A stretch of DNA of 64,000 nt from the NCBI GenBank assembly GCA_977020255.1, contig CDROCS010003739.1, positions 62,001 to 126,000 on the forward strand, given 5' to 3'. Below are positions 44,748 to 56,184 of this stretch, one piece after another (positions within the stretch are counted from its first letter, which is position 1; every line of letters starts with the position of its first letter). The DNA comes from Obrimoposthia wandeli (Eukaryota). The notes under the pieces were generated by a model. That model had not been told where the DNA came from and searched no databases. It was given only the letters and a program-made list of their open reading frames with translations. The translations under genes and the position numbers were made by a program.

Positions 44748-44766
44748 ATCTGAAGGTTAAGCAGGG

Positions 44767-45228
44767 TTAATCAAAACAGATTTCGATGAACGCTTTACCG
44801 TATTCAGAATTGAAAGGCATGATGATGATGACACCATCCGTCTTATGGGTAATTGTATGGCCTCGCCCTGAGACGACGGCTGGGGTTGCCATTTCAAAAT
44901 TATAACCTTTATCGGCTAAAATACGTTTAGCCCCTCCCGTTACCATGTTGGTAATTTCACCAACCATATCAGTGACTTCTTCGTTGATACCATTCGGGCG
45001 CTCGCCTAGCATGCGTTGCATGATTTCTAAAGCGAGGTTTTCATCAAAGGTAATCGACATTGACCCTTTCGTTTGTGGGCCAATTAAACCAATTAAACCT
45101 GATACATCACCGCGTGCCACTTCATCTTTTTTAATGCGTGGCTTTTGTGGGGCCAATTCCATTGACGCCATGGTTTTCAAAACATTCAAAAGTGATGCTA
45201 AGAAGGGATTTACGAATTCTGCTCGCAT
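44767..45228 (-). CDS. cheX: Chemotaxis phosphatase CheX
   Basis: MRAEFVNPF, GDVSGLIG, EITNMVTG CheC/CheX motif. Confidence 0.92.
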   Translation of the reverse strand: MRAEFVNPFLASLLNVLKTMASMELAPQKPRIKKDEVARGDVSGLIGLIGPQTKGSMSITFDENLALEIMQRMLGERPNGINEEVTDMVGEITNMVTGGAKRILADKGYNFEMATPAVVSGRGHTITHKTDGVIIIMPFNSEYGKAFIEICFD

Positions 45229-45261
45229 AATTACGTATTGTGCCTATGAAAATTTAAAAGA

Positions 45262-45708
45262 TTATTTGCTGCTTTGACACTTACGGCAAATACCATGGCT
45301 TTCTACGACATGATGATTAATTTTGAAGCCGTATTTCTCTGATTTTTGGCGTAATAATTTTGCTAAATCATCATCATGAGATTCTTCTACATAGCTGCAT
45401 TCATCACAGATTAATAATTGTGAACAATGATCGGCGTGCCCAAGTACACAGCAAGCTATATAGCTGTTAGTCGATTCAACTTTATGAACGAACCCTTGAG
45501 TCAATAGAAAATCGAGAGCGCGATATATTGTTGGAGGTTTAGCTTGAGGCTCAGTGACTTTGAGTAAATCTAATAACTCATAAGCGCTTATTGAACTGTG
45601 GTGCTCAATAATTAATTCAAGAACTTTTAACCGTTGAGGTGTAAGTCTAACTCCTCGTTGATCGCAAAGCTGTTGTGCTTTATTCAGCAGTTGCGTTTGA
45701 TTAGCCAT
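45262..45708 (-). CDS. zur: Zinc uptake regulator (Fur family)
   Basis: RLTPQR, AYELLDLL, PPTIYRALDFL, HKVES, two CxxC motifs; near dusA-pspG as in enterobacteria. Confidence 0.9.
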   Translation of the reverse strand: MANQTQLLNKAQQLCDQRGVRLTPQRLKVLELIIEHHSSISAYELLDLLKVTEPQAKPPTIYRALDFLLTQGFVHKVESTNSYIACCVLGHADHCSQLLICDECSYVEESHDDDLAKLLRQKSEKYGFKINHHVVESHGICRKCQSSK

Positions 45709-46076
45709 TAAAACCTCAGAAAACAGCGATAAGTCAGATAGTTTATCACAGCATTCGATAAACGTATGTCTGGTCTATAAATTCTAGATCAATCAGGAGA
45801 ATATTTCGCGTGTTTGATCACGCTACTGGCTGTATTCGACGAAAATAACGGGGATATGTAAATTTATAGCGTTTTCTTAAATTGTCACTGGCTTGTAATA
45901 GACGTTTATAACGTAAGCGTATTCGATAGCAATTTGTAAAGAGTGTCGGGAAGGTTGAATAAGAATGTTAATTTTAACCCTTTGAAATAAAAGGTGGGGT
46001 GACGTGTGAGTATATCCGCCTTTACAGTTTTTAATGGGGGAGGTGAATTGGTTGTTATCTGGTTTTAGTTTCTATC

Positions 46077-46113
46077 TTGGGCTTCGTTAATAAATCGCGT
46101 AAACTAGCGCGCC
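46077..46113 (+). promoter_or_regulatory. Candidate sigma70 promoter of dusA with GC discriminator
   Basis: TTGGGC-N17-TAAACT-AGCGCGCC. Confidence 0.5.
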
Positions 46114-46204
46114 TTGCTAAGAAACACTGTGCTTTTTACTTTTATAAGTATTGAAAAGGCTATTAGCAATATTTTGTATTTGTAGCTCCACTTAAAATGA
46201 AGGT

Positions 46205-47251
46205 ATGACAATGGTCACTGATGCTTTATTGAATAACCAAAATGATGAAATAACAACGCAAGATAATTCTGGTTATCCAATGCAGCGTTTTTCCGTCGCG
46301 CCCATGCTTGATTGGACTGATCGCCATTGTCGTTATTTCCATCGTCTATTAAGTGAAAATGCTTTGCTTTATACCGAGATGGTCACAACTGGGGCGATCA
46401 TTCATGGTAAAGGCGATTTTCTGACGTTTAATGAAGAAGAGAACCCTGTCGCATTACAATTGGGTGGTTCAAACCCTGTTGATTTAGCGCACTGTGCGAA
46501 ACTAGCTCAAGAACGTGGCTACGATGAAATTAACTTGAATGTAGGTTGCCCATCAGATCGTGTTCAGAATGGACGGTTTGGGGCTTGCCTAATGGGTGAG
46601 GCAGATCTGGTGGCTTTATGTGTTTCATCAATGCGTGAAGTGGTTGATATTCCTGTTACCGTTAAAACTCGAATTGGTATTGATGAGCAAGATTCTTATC
46701 AGTTCTTGGTTGACTTCATCGGTACTGTTAACGAGAAGAGTGGTTGTGATAATTTTACGATTCATGCGCGTAAAGCGTGGCTCAAGGGGTTAAGCCCGAA
46801 AGAGAACCGTGAGATCCCACCGCTTGATTACCCGCGTGTTTATCAATTAAAACGTGATTTTCCAAATATAATCATGGCGATTAATGGTGGCATTAAGACG
46901 TTTGATGAGATGGAAGAGCACTTGAAACACATGGACGGAGTGATGGTGGGTCGCGAGGCTTATCAAAATCCGTACTTGATGGCAGAAGTTGATCAACGTT
47001 TATTTGGCAGCTCAAAGCCAATTATGAAGCGTCGTGAGGCTGCAGAAGCAATGTTCCCTTATATTGAACGCCAGTTGGCGAATGGCTCTAAGCTGGGGCA
47101 TATTACCCGTCATATGCTTGGGCTATTTCAAGGTATACCTGGTGGTCGTCAGTGGCGTCGCTATATCAGTGAGAATGCGCATAAGCCAGGCTCTGGCATT
47201 GAAGTGGTGCAATGTGCGTTAGACAAAGTTCCCCATGATCTCGATGTATAA
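46205..47251 (+). CDS. dusA: tRNA-dihydrouridine(20/20a) synthase
   Basis: [41 protein letters not shown]; start could be as late as 46280. Confidence 0.95.
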   Translation: MTMVTDALLNNQNDEITTQDNSGYPMQRFSVAPMLDWTDRHCRYFHRLLSENALLYTEMVTTGAIIHGKGDFLTFNEEENPVALQLGGSNPVDLAHCAKLAQERGYDEINLNVGCPSDRVQNGRFGACLMGEADLVALCVSSMREVVDIPVTVKTRIGIDEQDSYQFLVDFIGTVNEKSGCDNFTIHARKAWLKGLSPKENREIPPLDYPRVYQLKRDFPNIIMAINGGIKTFDEMEEHLKHMDGVMVGREAYQNPYLMAEVDQRLFGSSKPIMKRREAAEAMFPYIERQLANGSKLGHITRHMLGLFQGIPGGRQWRRYISENAHKPGSGIEVVQCALDKVPHDLDV

Positions 47252-47284
47252 CGAATATCAGTATTATTCAGACTGATTAAAGGT

Positions 47285-47321
47285 TGGCAATATTAACCAT
47301 AGTAAATGGTTATTTTGACCA
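47285..47321. promoter_or_regulatory. Paired palindromes, candidate PspF upstream activating sites
   Basis: TGGCAATATTAACCA (47285-99) and TGGTTATTTTGACCA (47307-21), 22 bp apart, ~90 bp upstream of a sigma54 motif. Confidence 0.5.
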
Positions 47322-47406
47322 AACTTAGAAAGCGTAATCTTAATGAAAGGTTACGCTTTTTTTGTATCGTTATGAAATATAATAACTTATGTTCTAACTT
47401 AAATGA

Positions 47407-47422
47407 TGGCTTACTTTGTGCA
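47407..47422 (+). promoter_or_regulatory. Sigma54 promoter of pspG
   Basis: TGGCTTACTTTGTGCA has GG and GC separated by the required 10 nt; pspG is sigma54/PspF-dependent in enterobacteria. Confidence 0.6.
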
Positions 47423-47455
47423 GTAGTTATGTGTAGATAATAAAGGGGAATGAAT

Positions 47456-47698
47456 ATGATCGAATTTTTATTTTTAATCGCTTTTTCATTAGTGCTGGTT
47501 TTTACTGGTGTCAGTATGATTGGTGTATTACTTGCCGTAGCAGCTGGTTTTGCCATTATGGCCGTCGCGGGTATGATTGGAATTGTATTTAAGTTATTAC
47601 CATGGATTGCATTGATTGCGGTTGTTGTGTGGTTTTATCGCGAGAAAAAAGCCGACAAGTCTCACCGAGAGAGATCGACATACCGCCGTCGTTACTAG
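47456..47698 (+). CDS. pspG: Phage shock protein G
   Basis: Small hydrophobic protein MIEFLFL...TGVS..G......F.LLPW; downstream of dusA. Confidence 0.88.
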   Translation: MIEFLFLIAFSLVLVFTGVSMIGVLLAVAAGFAIMAVAGMIGIVFKLLPWIALIAVVVWFYREKKADKSHRERSTYRRRY

Positions 47699-47840
47699 CG
47701 GTATCGCGTTAATTTGTATAGCAACAATAAGTATTTTTGGGCTCAATAATTCAGCAAAGCGAATGAAGTGCGGTTTTCTTGTACAGCTTCTGCTATAGTC
47801 TTGCCGATTTTTTAAAATACTTATAAGAGCGGAGACTCGA

Positions 47841-48479
47841 ATGAACAAATTAATGCTTACAGCTGTAGCGGCTGCTGTAGCTTTTTCTGTAGCAGTACCA
47901 GCACAAGCTGCAGCACTTTTAGGGGTTAAAGCCGGCGTTGACGTATGGGCTGCTAATGCGAAAGTCAATAGCGCTAATAGTGACAAAAGTGACGATACTT
48001 CTCCTTCATTTTACGTAGCATTTGAGCACTTTATTCCATTAGTGCCTAACTTTCGCCTTCGTTACAACGACATCGATACCGGCGCTGTTGCTTTCGAACA
48101 AACAGACTTAACTGCTTACTACGAAATCTTAGATAACGATGCGATTGCATTTGATCTTGGTCTTACAATGACGAAGTTCGGCTCTGGTAAAGTTAAAAAT
48201 GAGACGTTTGATGAGTGGCAGCCTAGCATCTACGGTAACGTAGAAGTGGGCATCCCGATGACGCCACTATTTGTGTTTGGTGATTTAAACTTCAGTAGCT
48301 TCAATAGCAACAGTACTGTTGACGGTCAAGCGGGTGTTAAGTGGTCTATTCCTTTGGTTGCGCTTGATCTAAACGTTCGCGGTGGTTACCGTGTGATGGA
48401 TTACGATTTTGATAGCGTTAAAAACAGCAGTAGCGTGAAGCTTGATGGCTGGTTTGCTGGCGTTGAATTAGATTTCTAA
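47841..48479 (+). CDS. TIGR04219-type outer-membrane beta-barrel protein
   Basis: Signal peptide, AFEHFIPLVPN, DLTAYYEILDN, GYR, terminal Phe. Confidence 0.75.
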   Translation: MNKLMLTAVAAAVAFSVAVPAQAAALLGVKAGVDVWAANAKVNSANSDKSDDTSPSFYVAFEHFIPLVPNFRLRYNDIDTGAVAFEQTDLTAYYEILDNDAIAFDLGLTMTKFGSGKVKNETFDEWQPSIYGNVEVGIPMTPLFVFGDLNFSSFNSNSTVDGQAGVKWSIPLVALDLNVRGGYRVMDYDFDSVKNSSSVKLDGWFAGVELDF

Positions 48480-48504
48480 GCCTGACTAATTGTATCAATA
48501 TTAT

Positions 48505-48531
48505 AAAGCCACGAATTATTCGTGGCTTTTT
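48505..48531 (+). terminator. Terminator
   Basis: aaagccacgaa-tta-ttcgtggcttt plus T run. Confidence 0.8.
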
Positions 48532-48595
48532 GTTGCCTGTTTCTCTGTTTTTGTACCATTTTTAATAAGTGACACATTCATCAGGAAACAGAATT

Positions 48596-48829
48596 ATGAC
48601 TATAGATGAATTACAGCGTTTATATTTAACCAGCGATTTAGTGGAAGCTGTTGTCGAGCCGTCAATCCAAACTAACGGATGGATAGTGGAGTTTCGTCAC
48701 CGTCGTGGCGGATTAGTCCCTTTAACGGACCAGTCTGGTAGTGAAAAATGCTATCAAGATGTCGATTCTGCAACAGAAAGTGCGTTTGAGGTGGGTTTTC
48801 ATCAAGTGAGAATTGCCGACGCCTTCTAA
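48596..48829 (+). CDS. Small hypothetical protein (77 aa)
   Basis: ORF with AGGA RBS fills the gap between the terminator and cysJ; globular composition. Confidence 0.7.
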   Translation: MTIDELQRLYLTSDLVEAVVEPSIQTNGWIVEFRHRRGGLVPLTDQSGSEKCYQDVDSATESAFEVGFHQVRIADAF

Positions 48830-48997
48830 CGTATTCTTTCGTTTATCCCGCCAAATTACATGCTTAATAACCCATTGAGCTGCTACTTCACACCTCAAGT
48901 CCTAACTAAAAGTTATAAAACATTCTCATCTATTCTTTCTTGTTATTTCATTCAGTGGCTAATCTAACATAACGCAATGTATAGGGAACGTCGTGTC

Positions 48998-50815
48998 ATG
49001 TTACTTAAGGAATTATCGGCTGTAGCCAGCCCACTCAATGATCAACAAATAGATCAGCTACAACAAGCCGCTGCTGAATCATCACCCCAGCAGCTAGCCT
49101 GGATCAGTGGTTACTTCTGGGGGCTAAGCCAAACTCAGGCTTCAACTCACCTTCAGTCAGTATCACAGCCCGGCGTTGTTGCCGCTGCACAGCCCGCTGG
49201 TAAATTAACCATTATCTATGCGTCACAAACGGGTAATGCTAAAGGGGTTGCCGTTGCGTTAAAGGAAGAAGCGACTGCGGCAGGTATTGCGGTTGAGCTA
49301 GTGTCAGCTGGTGATTACAAAGGTAAAAATCTCGCGAAAGAAACCCATGTCATAATTATTGCTTCTACCCATGGTGAAGGCGAAGCGCCTGATGATGCGA
49401 TCGACCTACATGAATTTTTACAGTCAAAGAAAGCCCCTAAACTGCCTAACCTACAATATGCCGTCATTGGCTTGGGTGATTCAAGTTATGAGTTCTTCTG
49501 CCAAACGGCGAAAGACTTTGATCGTTACTTAAGCAAGCTTGGCGCTCAGCCGATGCTAGATCGCTTAGATTGTGATGTTGACTATGATGCACCTGCAGCG
49601 GAATGGCGAGTGAAGGCATTAGCCAAAGCTAAAGAGACATTATCAACGGGTGATGCCGACGTTGTGCAGCTGCCTGTTACTCAATCTCAACAGGCTGTGT
49701 CGCAATACTCCAAGCAGAATCCATATGAAGCGACACTGCTGGCTAGCCAGAAGATCACCGGTCGTGATTCAGGTAAAGATGTTCGCCATATTGAAATTGA
49801 TTTAGAAGGTTCAGGCTTAACCTATCAAGCTGGTGATGCGCTAGGCGTATGGTATGAAAATGATCCTGAATTAGCGTTAGCCATTGTTGCTAAAGTGGGG
49901 CTAACCGGTGAAGAGCTGGTTGAGGTTGATGGCGAAAGCATCCAACTTGTAACGGCTTTAGTCAGCCGATATGAAATTACCTCAGCAAACCCACAGTTCG
50001 TGACTAAATTTTCAGAATGCTCTAAAAGTAAAAAGTTAGAAAAGCTGGTGGCAGATAAAAATAAGCTTCGTGAATACTCGGGTAATACTCAAATCATTGA
50101 TGTGTTAGCTGAAAAGAAAACCCAATTAAGTGCTGAACAACTTATTGGTTTATTACGTCGTTTAACGCCTCGTTTATATTCTATTTCGTCTAGTCAGGAA
50201 GAGGTGGGTGAAGAAGTTCACTTAACTGTTGGCGTTGTTGAATTTGAAAAAGGTGAAGAAAGCCGTCAAGGTGGCGCTTCTAGCTTCTTATCTCATCGTC
50301 TGGAAGAAGGCGCAGCGGTGAAAGTTTTTGTTGAAGAAAACAATAATTTTAAACTGCCTGCAGATGATAATGTTCCGGTCATTATGATTGGTCCTGGTAC
50401 CGGTATCGCCCCCTTCCGTGCATTTGTACAAGAGCGAGACAACCGAGAAGCTGAAGGCAAAAATTGGTTATTCTTTGGTGACCGTACATTTACTGATGAT
50501 TTCCTGTATCAAGTCGAATGGCAAAAGTACCTGAAATCGGGCGTGGTACATCAGCTTGATGTGGCATTCAGTCGTGACCAAGCAGAGAAAGTATATGTAC
50601 AACACCGTGTGCTGGAGCATGCCGAGCAGGTATGGCAATGGCTACAAGATGGTGCACATGTTTATGTTTGTGGTGATATGAACCGCATGGCGAAAGATGT
50701 ACACGACGCGTTACTGACAGTGATTGAGCAGCAAGGAAAACAAAGCCGTGAGCAGGCTGAACAATATTTAAATGAGCTACGTAAGAGCAAGCGTTATCAA
50801 AAGGATGTGTACTAA
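48998..50815 (+). CDS. cysJ: Sulfite reductase flavoprotein subunit
   Basis: Flavodoxin [38 protein letters not shown]. Confidence 0.96.
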   Translation: MLLKELSAVASPLNDQQIDQLQQAAAESSPQQLAWISGYFWGLSQTQASTHLQSVSQPGVVAAAQPAGKLTIIYASQTGNAKGVAVALKEEATAAGIAVELVSAGDYKGKNLAKETHVIIIASTHGEGEAPDDAIDLHEFLQSKKAPKLPNLQYAVIGLGDSSYEFFCQTAKDFDRYLSKLGAQPMLDRLDCDVDYDAPAAEWRVKALAKAKETLSTGDADVVQLPVTQSQQAVSQYSKQNPYEATLLASQKITGRDSGKDVRHIEIDLEGSGLTYQAGDALGVWYENDPELALAIVAKVGLTGEELVEVDGESIQLVTALVSRYEITSANPQFVTKFSECSKSKKLEKLVADKNKLREYSGNTQIIDVLAEKKTQLSAEQLIGLLRRLTPRLYSISSSQEEVGEEVHLTVGVVEFEKGEESRQGGASSFLSHRLEEGAAVKVFVEENNNFKLPADDNVPVIMIGPGTGIAPFRAFVQERDNREAEGKNWLFFGDRTFTDDFLYQVEWQKYLKSGVVHQLDVAFSRDQAEKVYVQHRVLEHAEQVWQWLQDGAHVYVCGDMNRMAKDVHDALLTVIEQQGKQSREQAEQYLNELRKSKRYQKDVY

Positions 50816-52506
50816 TGACTGAACAAAAACTATCAGATAACGAACGCCTAAAACGTGAAAGTAATTTCTTACGTGGCACCATTGTTGATGATCTGCAAGA
50901 CCGTATTACTGGTGGCTTTACGGCTGATAACTTCCAATTAATCCGCTTTCATGGCATGTATCAGCAAGATGATCGTGATATTCGAGCTGAACGTGCAAAG
51001 CAAAAGTTAGAGCCTCTGCACAATGTAATGCTGCGTGCGCGTATGCCCGGTGGCATCATTACTCCGACACAGTGGCTGGCTATCGATAAGTTTGCTGAAG
51101 AAAGCAGTCTATACGGCAGTATTCGTTTAACGACTCGTCAAACATTTCAGTTTCATGGTGTTTTGAAGCCAAATATTAAGTTGATGCATCAAACACTGAA
51201 CAGCATAGGCATTGATTCAATTGCGACGGCTGGAGACGTGAACCGTAATGTTCTTTGTACCACTAACCCGATTGAATCTGAATTACATCAAGAAGCGTAT
51301 GAGTGGGCAAAAAAAATCAGTGAACATTTACTGCCTAAAACCCGTGCGTATGCTGAAATTTGGCTTGATGGTGAAAAGGTCGAAGGTGGTGATGAAGAGC
51401 CTATTTTAGGCAGCAATTACCTGCCACGTAAATTTAAGACGACCGTGGTGATCCCACCGCAGAATGACGTTGATGTGCATGCCAATGACCTTAACTTTAT
51501 CGCGATTGCTGATAATGGAAAGCTTGTCGGCTTTAATGTGTTGGTTGGTGGTGGTTTAGCCATGACTCATGGTGATAAAACGACGTATCCACGTCGGGCT
51601 GATGACTTTGGTTTTATTCCGCTGGTTAACACGCTTGATATCGCCGCAGCTGTCGTTACGACGCAGCGCGATTGGGGTAATCGTTCTAACCGTAAAAATG
51701 CCAAAACTAAATACACCTTAGATCGTGTTGGGGTTGATGTCTTTAAGGCGGAAGTTGAAAAGCGTGCAGGAATTACCTTTGCAGCGAGTCGGCCATATGA
51801 GTTTACTGACCGTGGCGATCGTATTGGCTGGGTTGAAGGCATCGATGGTAAGCACCATTTAGCGTTATTTATCGAAAATGGTCGCTTGTTAGATACTCCA
51901 GGAAAATCGCTGAAAACAGGTGTCGCTGAAATTGCCAAGATTCATAAAGGTGATTTCCGCATGACGGCGAATCAAAACTTAATTGTGGCAGGTGTACCTG
52001 CGGCAGATAAGAGTAAGATCGAGCAGATTGCTCGCGATCATGGCTTGATCGATGATGGTGTCAGTGAGCAGCGTAAAAACTCGATGGCGTGTGTGGCTTT
52101 TCCTACCTGTCCGTTGGCGATGGCAGAAGCTGAGCGTTTTTTACCTGACTTTGTCACGGATGTCGAAGGTGTGTTAGCCAAGCATGGCCTTGCGGAAGAC
52201 GACAATATCATCTTGCGTGTAACTGGCTGTCCGAATGGCTGTGGTCGCGCCATGTTGGCTGAGATCGGTTTAGTGGGTAAAGCGCCGGGTCGTTATAACG
52301 TGCACCTTGGTGGTAATCGTAACGGTACACGCGTTCCTAAAATGTACCGTGAAAACATAACAGTGCCACAAATAATGGATGAAATTGATCTGCTTGTTGG
52401 TCGCTGGGCTAATGAACGTGAAGACGGCGAAGGCTTTGGCGACTTTACTGTTCGTGCAGGCATTATTGAACCCGTTCTAGTATCTAAGAGAGATTTTTAT
52501 GCCTAA
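50815..52506 (+). CDS. cysI: Sulfite reductase hemoprotein subunit
   Basis: [30 protein letters not shown] siroheme-4Fe4S ligands. Confidence 0.96.
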   Translation: MTEQKLSDNERLKRESNFLRGTIVDDLQDRITGGFTADNFQLIRFHGMYQQDDRDIRAERAKQKLEPLHNVMLRARMPGGIITPTQWLAIDKFAEESSLYGSIRLTTRQTFQFHGVLKPNIKLMHQTLNSIGIDSIATAGDVNRNVLCTTNPIESELHQEAYEWAKKISEHLLPKTRAYAEIWLDGEKVEGGDEEPILGSNYLPRKFKTTVVIPPQNDVDVHANDLNFIAIADNGKLVGFNVLVGGGLAMTHGDKTTYPRRADDFGFIPLVNTLDIAAAVVTTQRDWGNRSNRKNAKTKYTLDRVGVDVFKAEVEKRAGITFAASRPYEFTDRGDRIGWVEGIDGKHHLALFIENGRLLDTPGKSLKTGVAEIAKIHKGDFRMTANQNLIVAGVPAADKSKIEQIARDHGLIDDGVSEQRKNSMACVAFPTCPLAMAEAERFLPDFVTDVEGVLAKHGLAEDDNIILRVTGCPNGCGRAMLAEIGLVGKAPGRYNVHLGGNRNGTRVPKMYRENITVPQIMDEIDLLVGRWANEREDGEGFGDFTVRAGIIEPVLVSKRDFYA

Positions 52507-53260
52507 CTATGCATTAGCAGATTTGCTAACAAAAACGAAGATAGAACAGATCCTTCAATTGGCTGAGATTAATGCTGAACTTGAAGCGCTTTCTGCACAA
52601 GAAAGAGTACGTTGGGCACTGACAAATCTTGGTAGTGAATTTGCTCTTGCGTCTAGTTTTGGTATTCAATCTGCTGTGATGTTGCATTTGGTCACAAATG
52701 AATCCCCTAAAGTGCCGGTTATTTTAACGGATACGGGGTATTTGTTTCCTGAAACCTATCAATTTATTGATCAGCTGACCCGTCGCCTATCGTTAAACCT
52801 TTATGTATACCGTGCTGAAATAAGCTCAACATGGCAAGAAGCACGATACGGTAAGTTGTGGGATCAAGGGGTTGATGGCATTAAACAATATAACCGCTTG
52901 AATAAAGTAGAGCCTATGCGGCGCGCGTTAGATGAATTGAATGTCAGCGCATGGTTTTCAGGGCTACGTCGCGAACAATCGAGTTCTCGTGCATCATTGC
53001 CGGTGTTAGCGATTCAAAACGGGGTGTTTAAATTCCTGCCTCTTATTGATTGGACTGATAATGATATCGAGCAATACTTGAATCAATATGATCTGCCTTA
53101 TCATCCTCTTCGTGATGAAGGCTACCTTTCTATGGGTGATACACATACGACCAAAAAGTGGGAACCTGGAATGACGGAGGAAGAAACCCGTTTCTTTGGT
53201 TTAAAGCGAGAGTGTGGTTTACATGAAGAAGATGCAGAATCTGATGGATCCGGTATTTAA
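52499..53260 (+). CDS. cysH: PAPS reductase
   Basis: [29 protein letters not shown]; no 4Fe-4S Cys pair visible, so PAPS rather than APS type. Confidence 0.93.
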   Translation: MPNYALADLLTKTKIEQILQLAEINAELEALSAQERVRWALTNLGSEFALASSFGIQSAVMLHLVTNESPKVPVILTDTGYLFPETYQFIDQLTRRLSLNLYVYRAEISSTWQEARYGKLWDQGVDGIKQYNRLNKVEPMRRALDELNVSAWFSGLRREQSSSRASLPVLAIQNGVFKFLPLIDWTDNDIEQYLNQYDLPYHPLRDEGYLSMGDTHTTKKWEPGMTEEETRFFGLKRECGLHEEDAESDGSGI

Positions 53261-53287
53261 TCGTTAGCTCGTAATGATTTATTATTG

Positions 53288-53324
53288 AAAAAAGCCTTAC
53301 CTATTAGTAGATAAGGCTTTTTTT
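53288..53324. terminator. Bidirectional terminator between cysH and the DUF2780 gene
   Basis: aaaaaagcctta...taaggcttttttt. Confidence 0.8.
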
Positions 53325-53402
53325 ATGTCATTATTTTACGTGTTCATGACAAGATAAAATATTTTACTTGTATGATCTTGGCGTGAAATTTTTGGGATAT
53401 GA

Positions 53403-53894
53403 TTAACTGGTAGGACTCCACACTTTACCTAAGGCTTCAACAAGCCCAGCACTTGCACCTTGATCACCAACGAATTGTAGAACAACAGGTATAAACTGGC
53501 TGACCATGCTGGCATCCATACCAAGTGCAGAAAAAACTTGATTCAACCCCTCGGTGTTACCAAGTAGGCTGCCTAACCCTGCAGGAATAGCACTGGTTAG
53601 AGCATCACCGCCGGGGATCATATTGGCAAGTTCAGTGGCTTGATCGCCTGAAAGTTGGCTACTGGCCATAGAGAGAAGTGCACCAGCACCACCGGCAGCT
53701 TGTTCTGATGAAACGCCAAGCTGTCCAGCAAGTAATTCCGTAAGAGGATTCGTTGCAACAGAGGCTTGTTCTTCATCACCACCACCAAAAATGTCAGAAA
53801 AGCTAAATGCCATACTGACTTGGCTGGAAACCAGCAGAACGAAAAGTGTGGTGAAGCTGAAAAAACGGCGGGTTACTTTTTGAATGTTATCCAT
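53403..53894 (-). CDS. DUF2780 domain secreted protein
   Basis: Signal peptide; LGVSSEQAAGGAGALL, F.ALGMD..MV.QF.PV. Confidence 0.75.
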   Translation of the reverse strand: MDNIQKVTRRFFSFTTLFVLLVSSQVSMAFSFSDIFGGGDEEQASVATNPLTELLAGQLGVSSEQAAGGAGALLSMASSQLSGDQATELANMIPGGDALTSAIPAGLGSLLGNTEGLNQVFSALGMDASMVSQFIPVVLQFVGDQGASAGLVEALGKVWSPTS

Positions 53895-54075
53895 GTCATT
53901 CTCCTGATAGGTTTTTCATAATCCTAGTGGAGAAAGTGGGAAAGTTATAATTAATATAGGTTAAATGTGATTAACTAGAGAAGAAAGCAGAGCGGGGGGC
54001 AAGAAGAAAAAAGACAAAACAATGTGAACACTGTCTCGTCTTCTTTGTAATTAACTGGAAGTTACCGAAGGGAAC

Positions 54076-54696
54076 TTACAGGATGTCTAGTAATTCAACT
54101 TCGAATACTAGCGCTGCGTATGGCGGAATAGCAGCACCTGCGCCACGTTCGCCATATGCAAGGTCTTGAGGAATGCATAGTTTCCACTTAGAACCAACAG
54201 GCATCATCTGTAGAGCTTCAACCCAACCAGCGATTACGCCAGTTACAGGGAACTCAGCAGGTTGACCGCGAGTTACAGAGCTATCGAATACAGTACCGTC
54301 AGTTAGCTCACCGTGGTAGTGAACACGTACTTGCTTGTCAGAAGTAGGGATTTCGCCGTTACCTTCAACAAGAACTTCAAACTGAAGACCAGACTCAGTT
54401 ACTGTTACTTCTGAGCGTAGTGCGTTATCTTTTAGGAAAGCTTCACCGTCAGCAGCTGCAACTTTAGCTTGCTCTTGACGAGCAGCATCAGCAGTCGTGT
54501 GAAGTTCACGAAGTGCATTGTTGATTTCATCAACTTCGATTTCTGGCATCTCGCCAGTTAGTGAAGTAGCGATACCTTTTGCAATAGCAGCAACGTTTAG
54601 GCCTTCAAGACCACTTTGTGCTAGTTGTTGGCCCATTTGTAGACCAATACCGTAGCTTGCTTTAGTTTCAACTGTATCTAGTTTAACGTCAGACAT
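54076..54696 (-). CDS. fklB: FKBP-type peptidyl-prolyl isomerase FklB
   Basis: ASYGIG dimerisation domain, [22 protein letters not shown]; divergent from ytfB as in E. coli. Confidence 0.92.
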   Translation of the reverse strand: MSDVKLDTVETKASYGIGLQMGQQLAQSGLEGLNVAAIAKGIATSLTGEMPEIEVDEINNALRELHTTADAARQEQAKVAAADGEAFLKDNALRSEVTVTESGLQFEVLVEGNGEIPTSDKQVRVHYHGELTDGTVFDSSVTRGQPAEFPVTGVIAGWVEALQMMPVGSKWKLCIPQDLAYGERGAGAAIPPYAALVFEVELLDIL

Positions 54697-54822
54697 TTTT
54701 GTCATCTCTTAATGTTTTAGAGTGAATTAAAGCAGAAAGGATAACAGTTTCGACCCCAATGGGTAAATGTTTGAATTAGTATTCCTTGATTGTGCAGCTT
54801 AAGAAGCTCGGGAGTGTTGTAT

Positions 54823-55536
54823 ATGGGACAGGCCAAACGCCGTTCAGCGAAAAAAAGTGAATTTAAACTACCTGAATTTTCTTTTGATAAAAAAAAGTTC
54901 AATGAAATAAAAGTCTCGTTGCTAGAAAAAATGACGCCACTAGCGAACAGGTGGCAGCAGTTTCCTGTTTTACACCGTCGTGTTTTGTTTGTTCTTGTTC
55001 CTGTCGTGTCAGTACTGCTTATGCTTCCAACAACAGAGCAATTAAATAATGACATTGGAGTACAAGACACTTCTGTTCGACGAGATATTGCGTTAAATAT
55101 TGCCAGTGAAGAATTGGCGACCAGTGAAGAGCTAGCGCCATTTGAAGAGCCTGTTGAACAGCGAGTTCGGGCAATTACAAATAATATTCAGCCATTAACC
55201 AACGCTAAACCTAAGGCTGCAGTTGTATCACCACCTGCGCCAGTAAAGACGTCGAAGAGTTCTGGTGCCATTTCGAGTGAGTGGACGAAGCACCAAGTAC
55301 AGAAGGGTGAAACGTTATCGAATATCTTCCGCGAAAAATCACTGCCGTTATCAGATTTATATGCAGTTGCCGCAATAGAGGGGCAAGGTAAGCCATTAAG
55401 TCAGATTAAGTCAGGACAATGGTTACGCTATAAGCAAACTCCAGATGGAAAACTTGATGCGTTGCAAATCGAAAGCAGCGCCGGTTCAACGATGTATTTT
55501 CGTCGTTCTGATGGAAGTTTTGCGCGTGGGAAGTAG
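54823..55536 (+). CDS. ytfB: OapA/YtfB LysM-like cell-division protein
   Basis: N-terminal TM (HRRVL..L), C-terminal H.VQKGETLSNIFR and YFRRSDGSF. Confidence 0.8.
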   Translation: MGQAKRRSAKKSEFKLPEFSFDKKKFNEIKVSLLEKMTPLANRWQQFPVLHRRVLFVLVPVVSVLLMLPTTEQLNNDIGVQDTSVRRDIALNIASEELATSEELAPFEEPVEQRVRAITNNIQPLTNAKPKAAVVSPPAPVKTSKSSGAISSEWTKHQVQKGETLSNIFREKSLPLSDLYAVAAIEGQGKPLSQIKSGQWLRYKQTPDGKLDALQIESSAGSTMYFRRSDGSFARGK

Positions 55537-55628
55537 CCTATAATCGCCAGTCTCTTTGTATAAAATGGTCACATTAGTGACCTTTTTATATGAGATCACG
55601 AGTAAATCGTGATACTTAATCTGTGTAA

Positions 55629-56081
55629 TTAACTTTTTGCTAAACGCATATCAACATGTGGAATGTCATCTTCTAAATACATGGCTGAGATTGCGTTGAA
55701 ACCATGCTGCTTGTAATAAGCCTGTAAGTGCTCTTGTGCACCAATATCGATATCTTGTTTTGGCCAAAGCGATTCGGCATGTTCAAGGCCTTGTATTAAT
55801 AACTGGTGTCCAATACCTGTACCTCGCGCAGAACCTGAGGTCGCCACACGGCCCATACTGACATTATCGTAAGTTGTACCTGCAGGTAATAAACGGAGAT
55901 AGGCGACTAATTCATCATTTTTATAACCAAGTAAGTGATGAGTGCCGTCTTTTCGGTCGAGGTTATCGAGATCATGGAAAGGGCAGTTTTGTTCAACAAC
56001 GAAAATGTCGATCCGTAGTTTAATCAGGTCGTACAGCTGGTCGGTTGATAATTGATTGAAAGAAAGACATTGCCACTGCAT
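55629..56081 (-). CDS. elaA: ElaA-family GNAT acetyltransferase
   Basis: LY..LR..IFVVEQNCP, GRVAT..ARG.G.G, GAQ.HL..YY. Confidence 0.85.
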   Translation of the reverse strand: MQWQCLSFNQLSTDQLYDLIKLRIDIFVVEQNCPFHDLDNLDRKDGTHHLLGYKNDELVAYLRLLPAGTTYDNVSMGRVATSGSARGTGIGHQLLIQGLEHAESLWPKQDIDIGAQEHLQAYYKQHGFNAISAMYLEDDIPHVDMRLAKS

Positions 56082-56184
56082 ACGTTTTGCTCCTGAATGA
56101 GACTATTAGATAATCGAGATATATACTTATAAGGTACTGGTTTCGTGGCGGCTTCGCCTTAACAATTGTTAATATACCCTGTGA

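Noticed and set aside
46112-46300. Scar of a dusA-associated integrative element (AT-rich leader, N-terminal extension)
   Set aside because: No integrase or duplicated dusA 5' segment; DusA proteins normally have variable N-terminal extensions.
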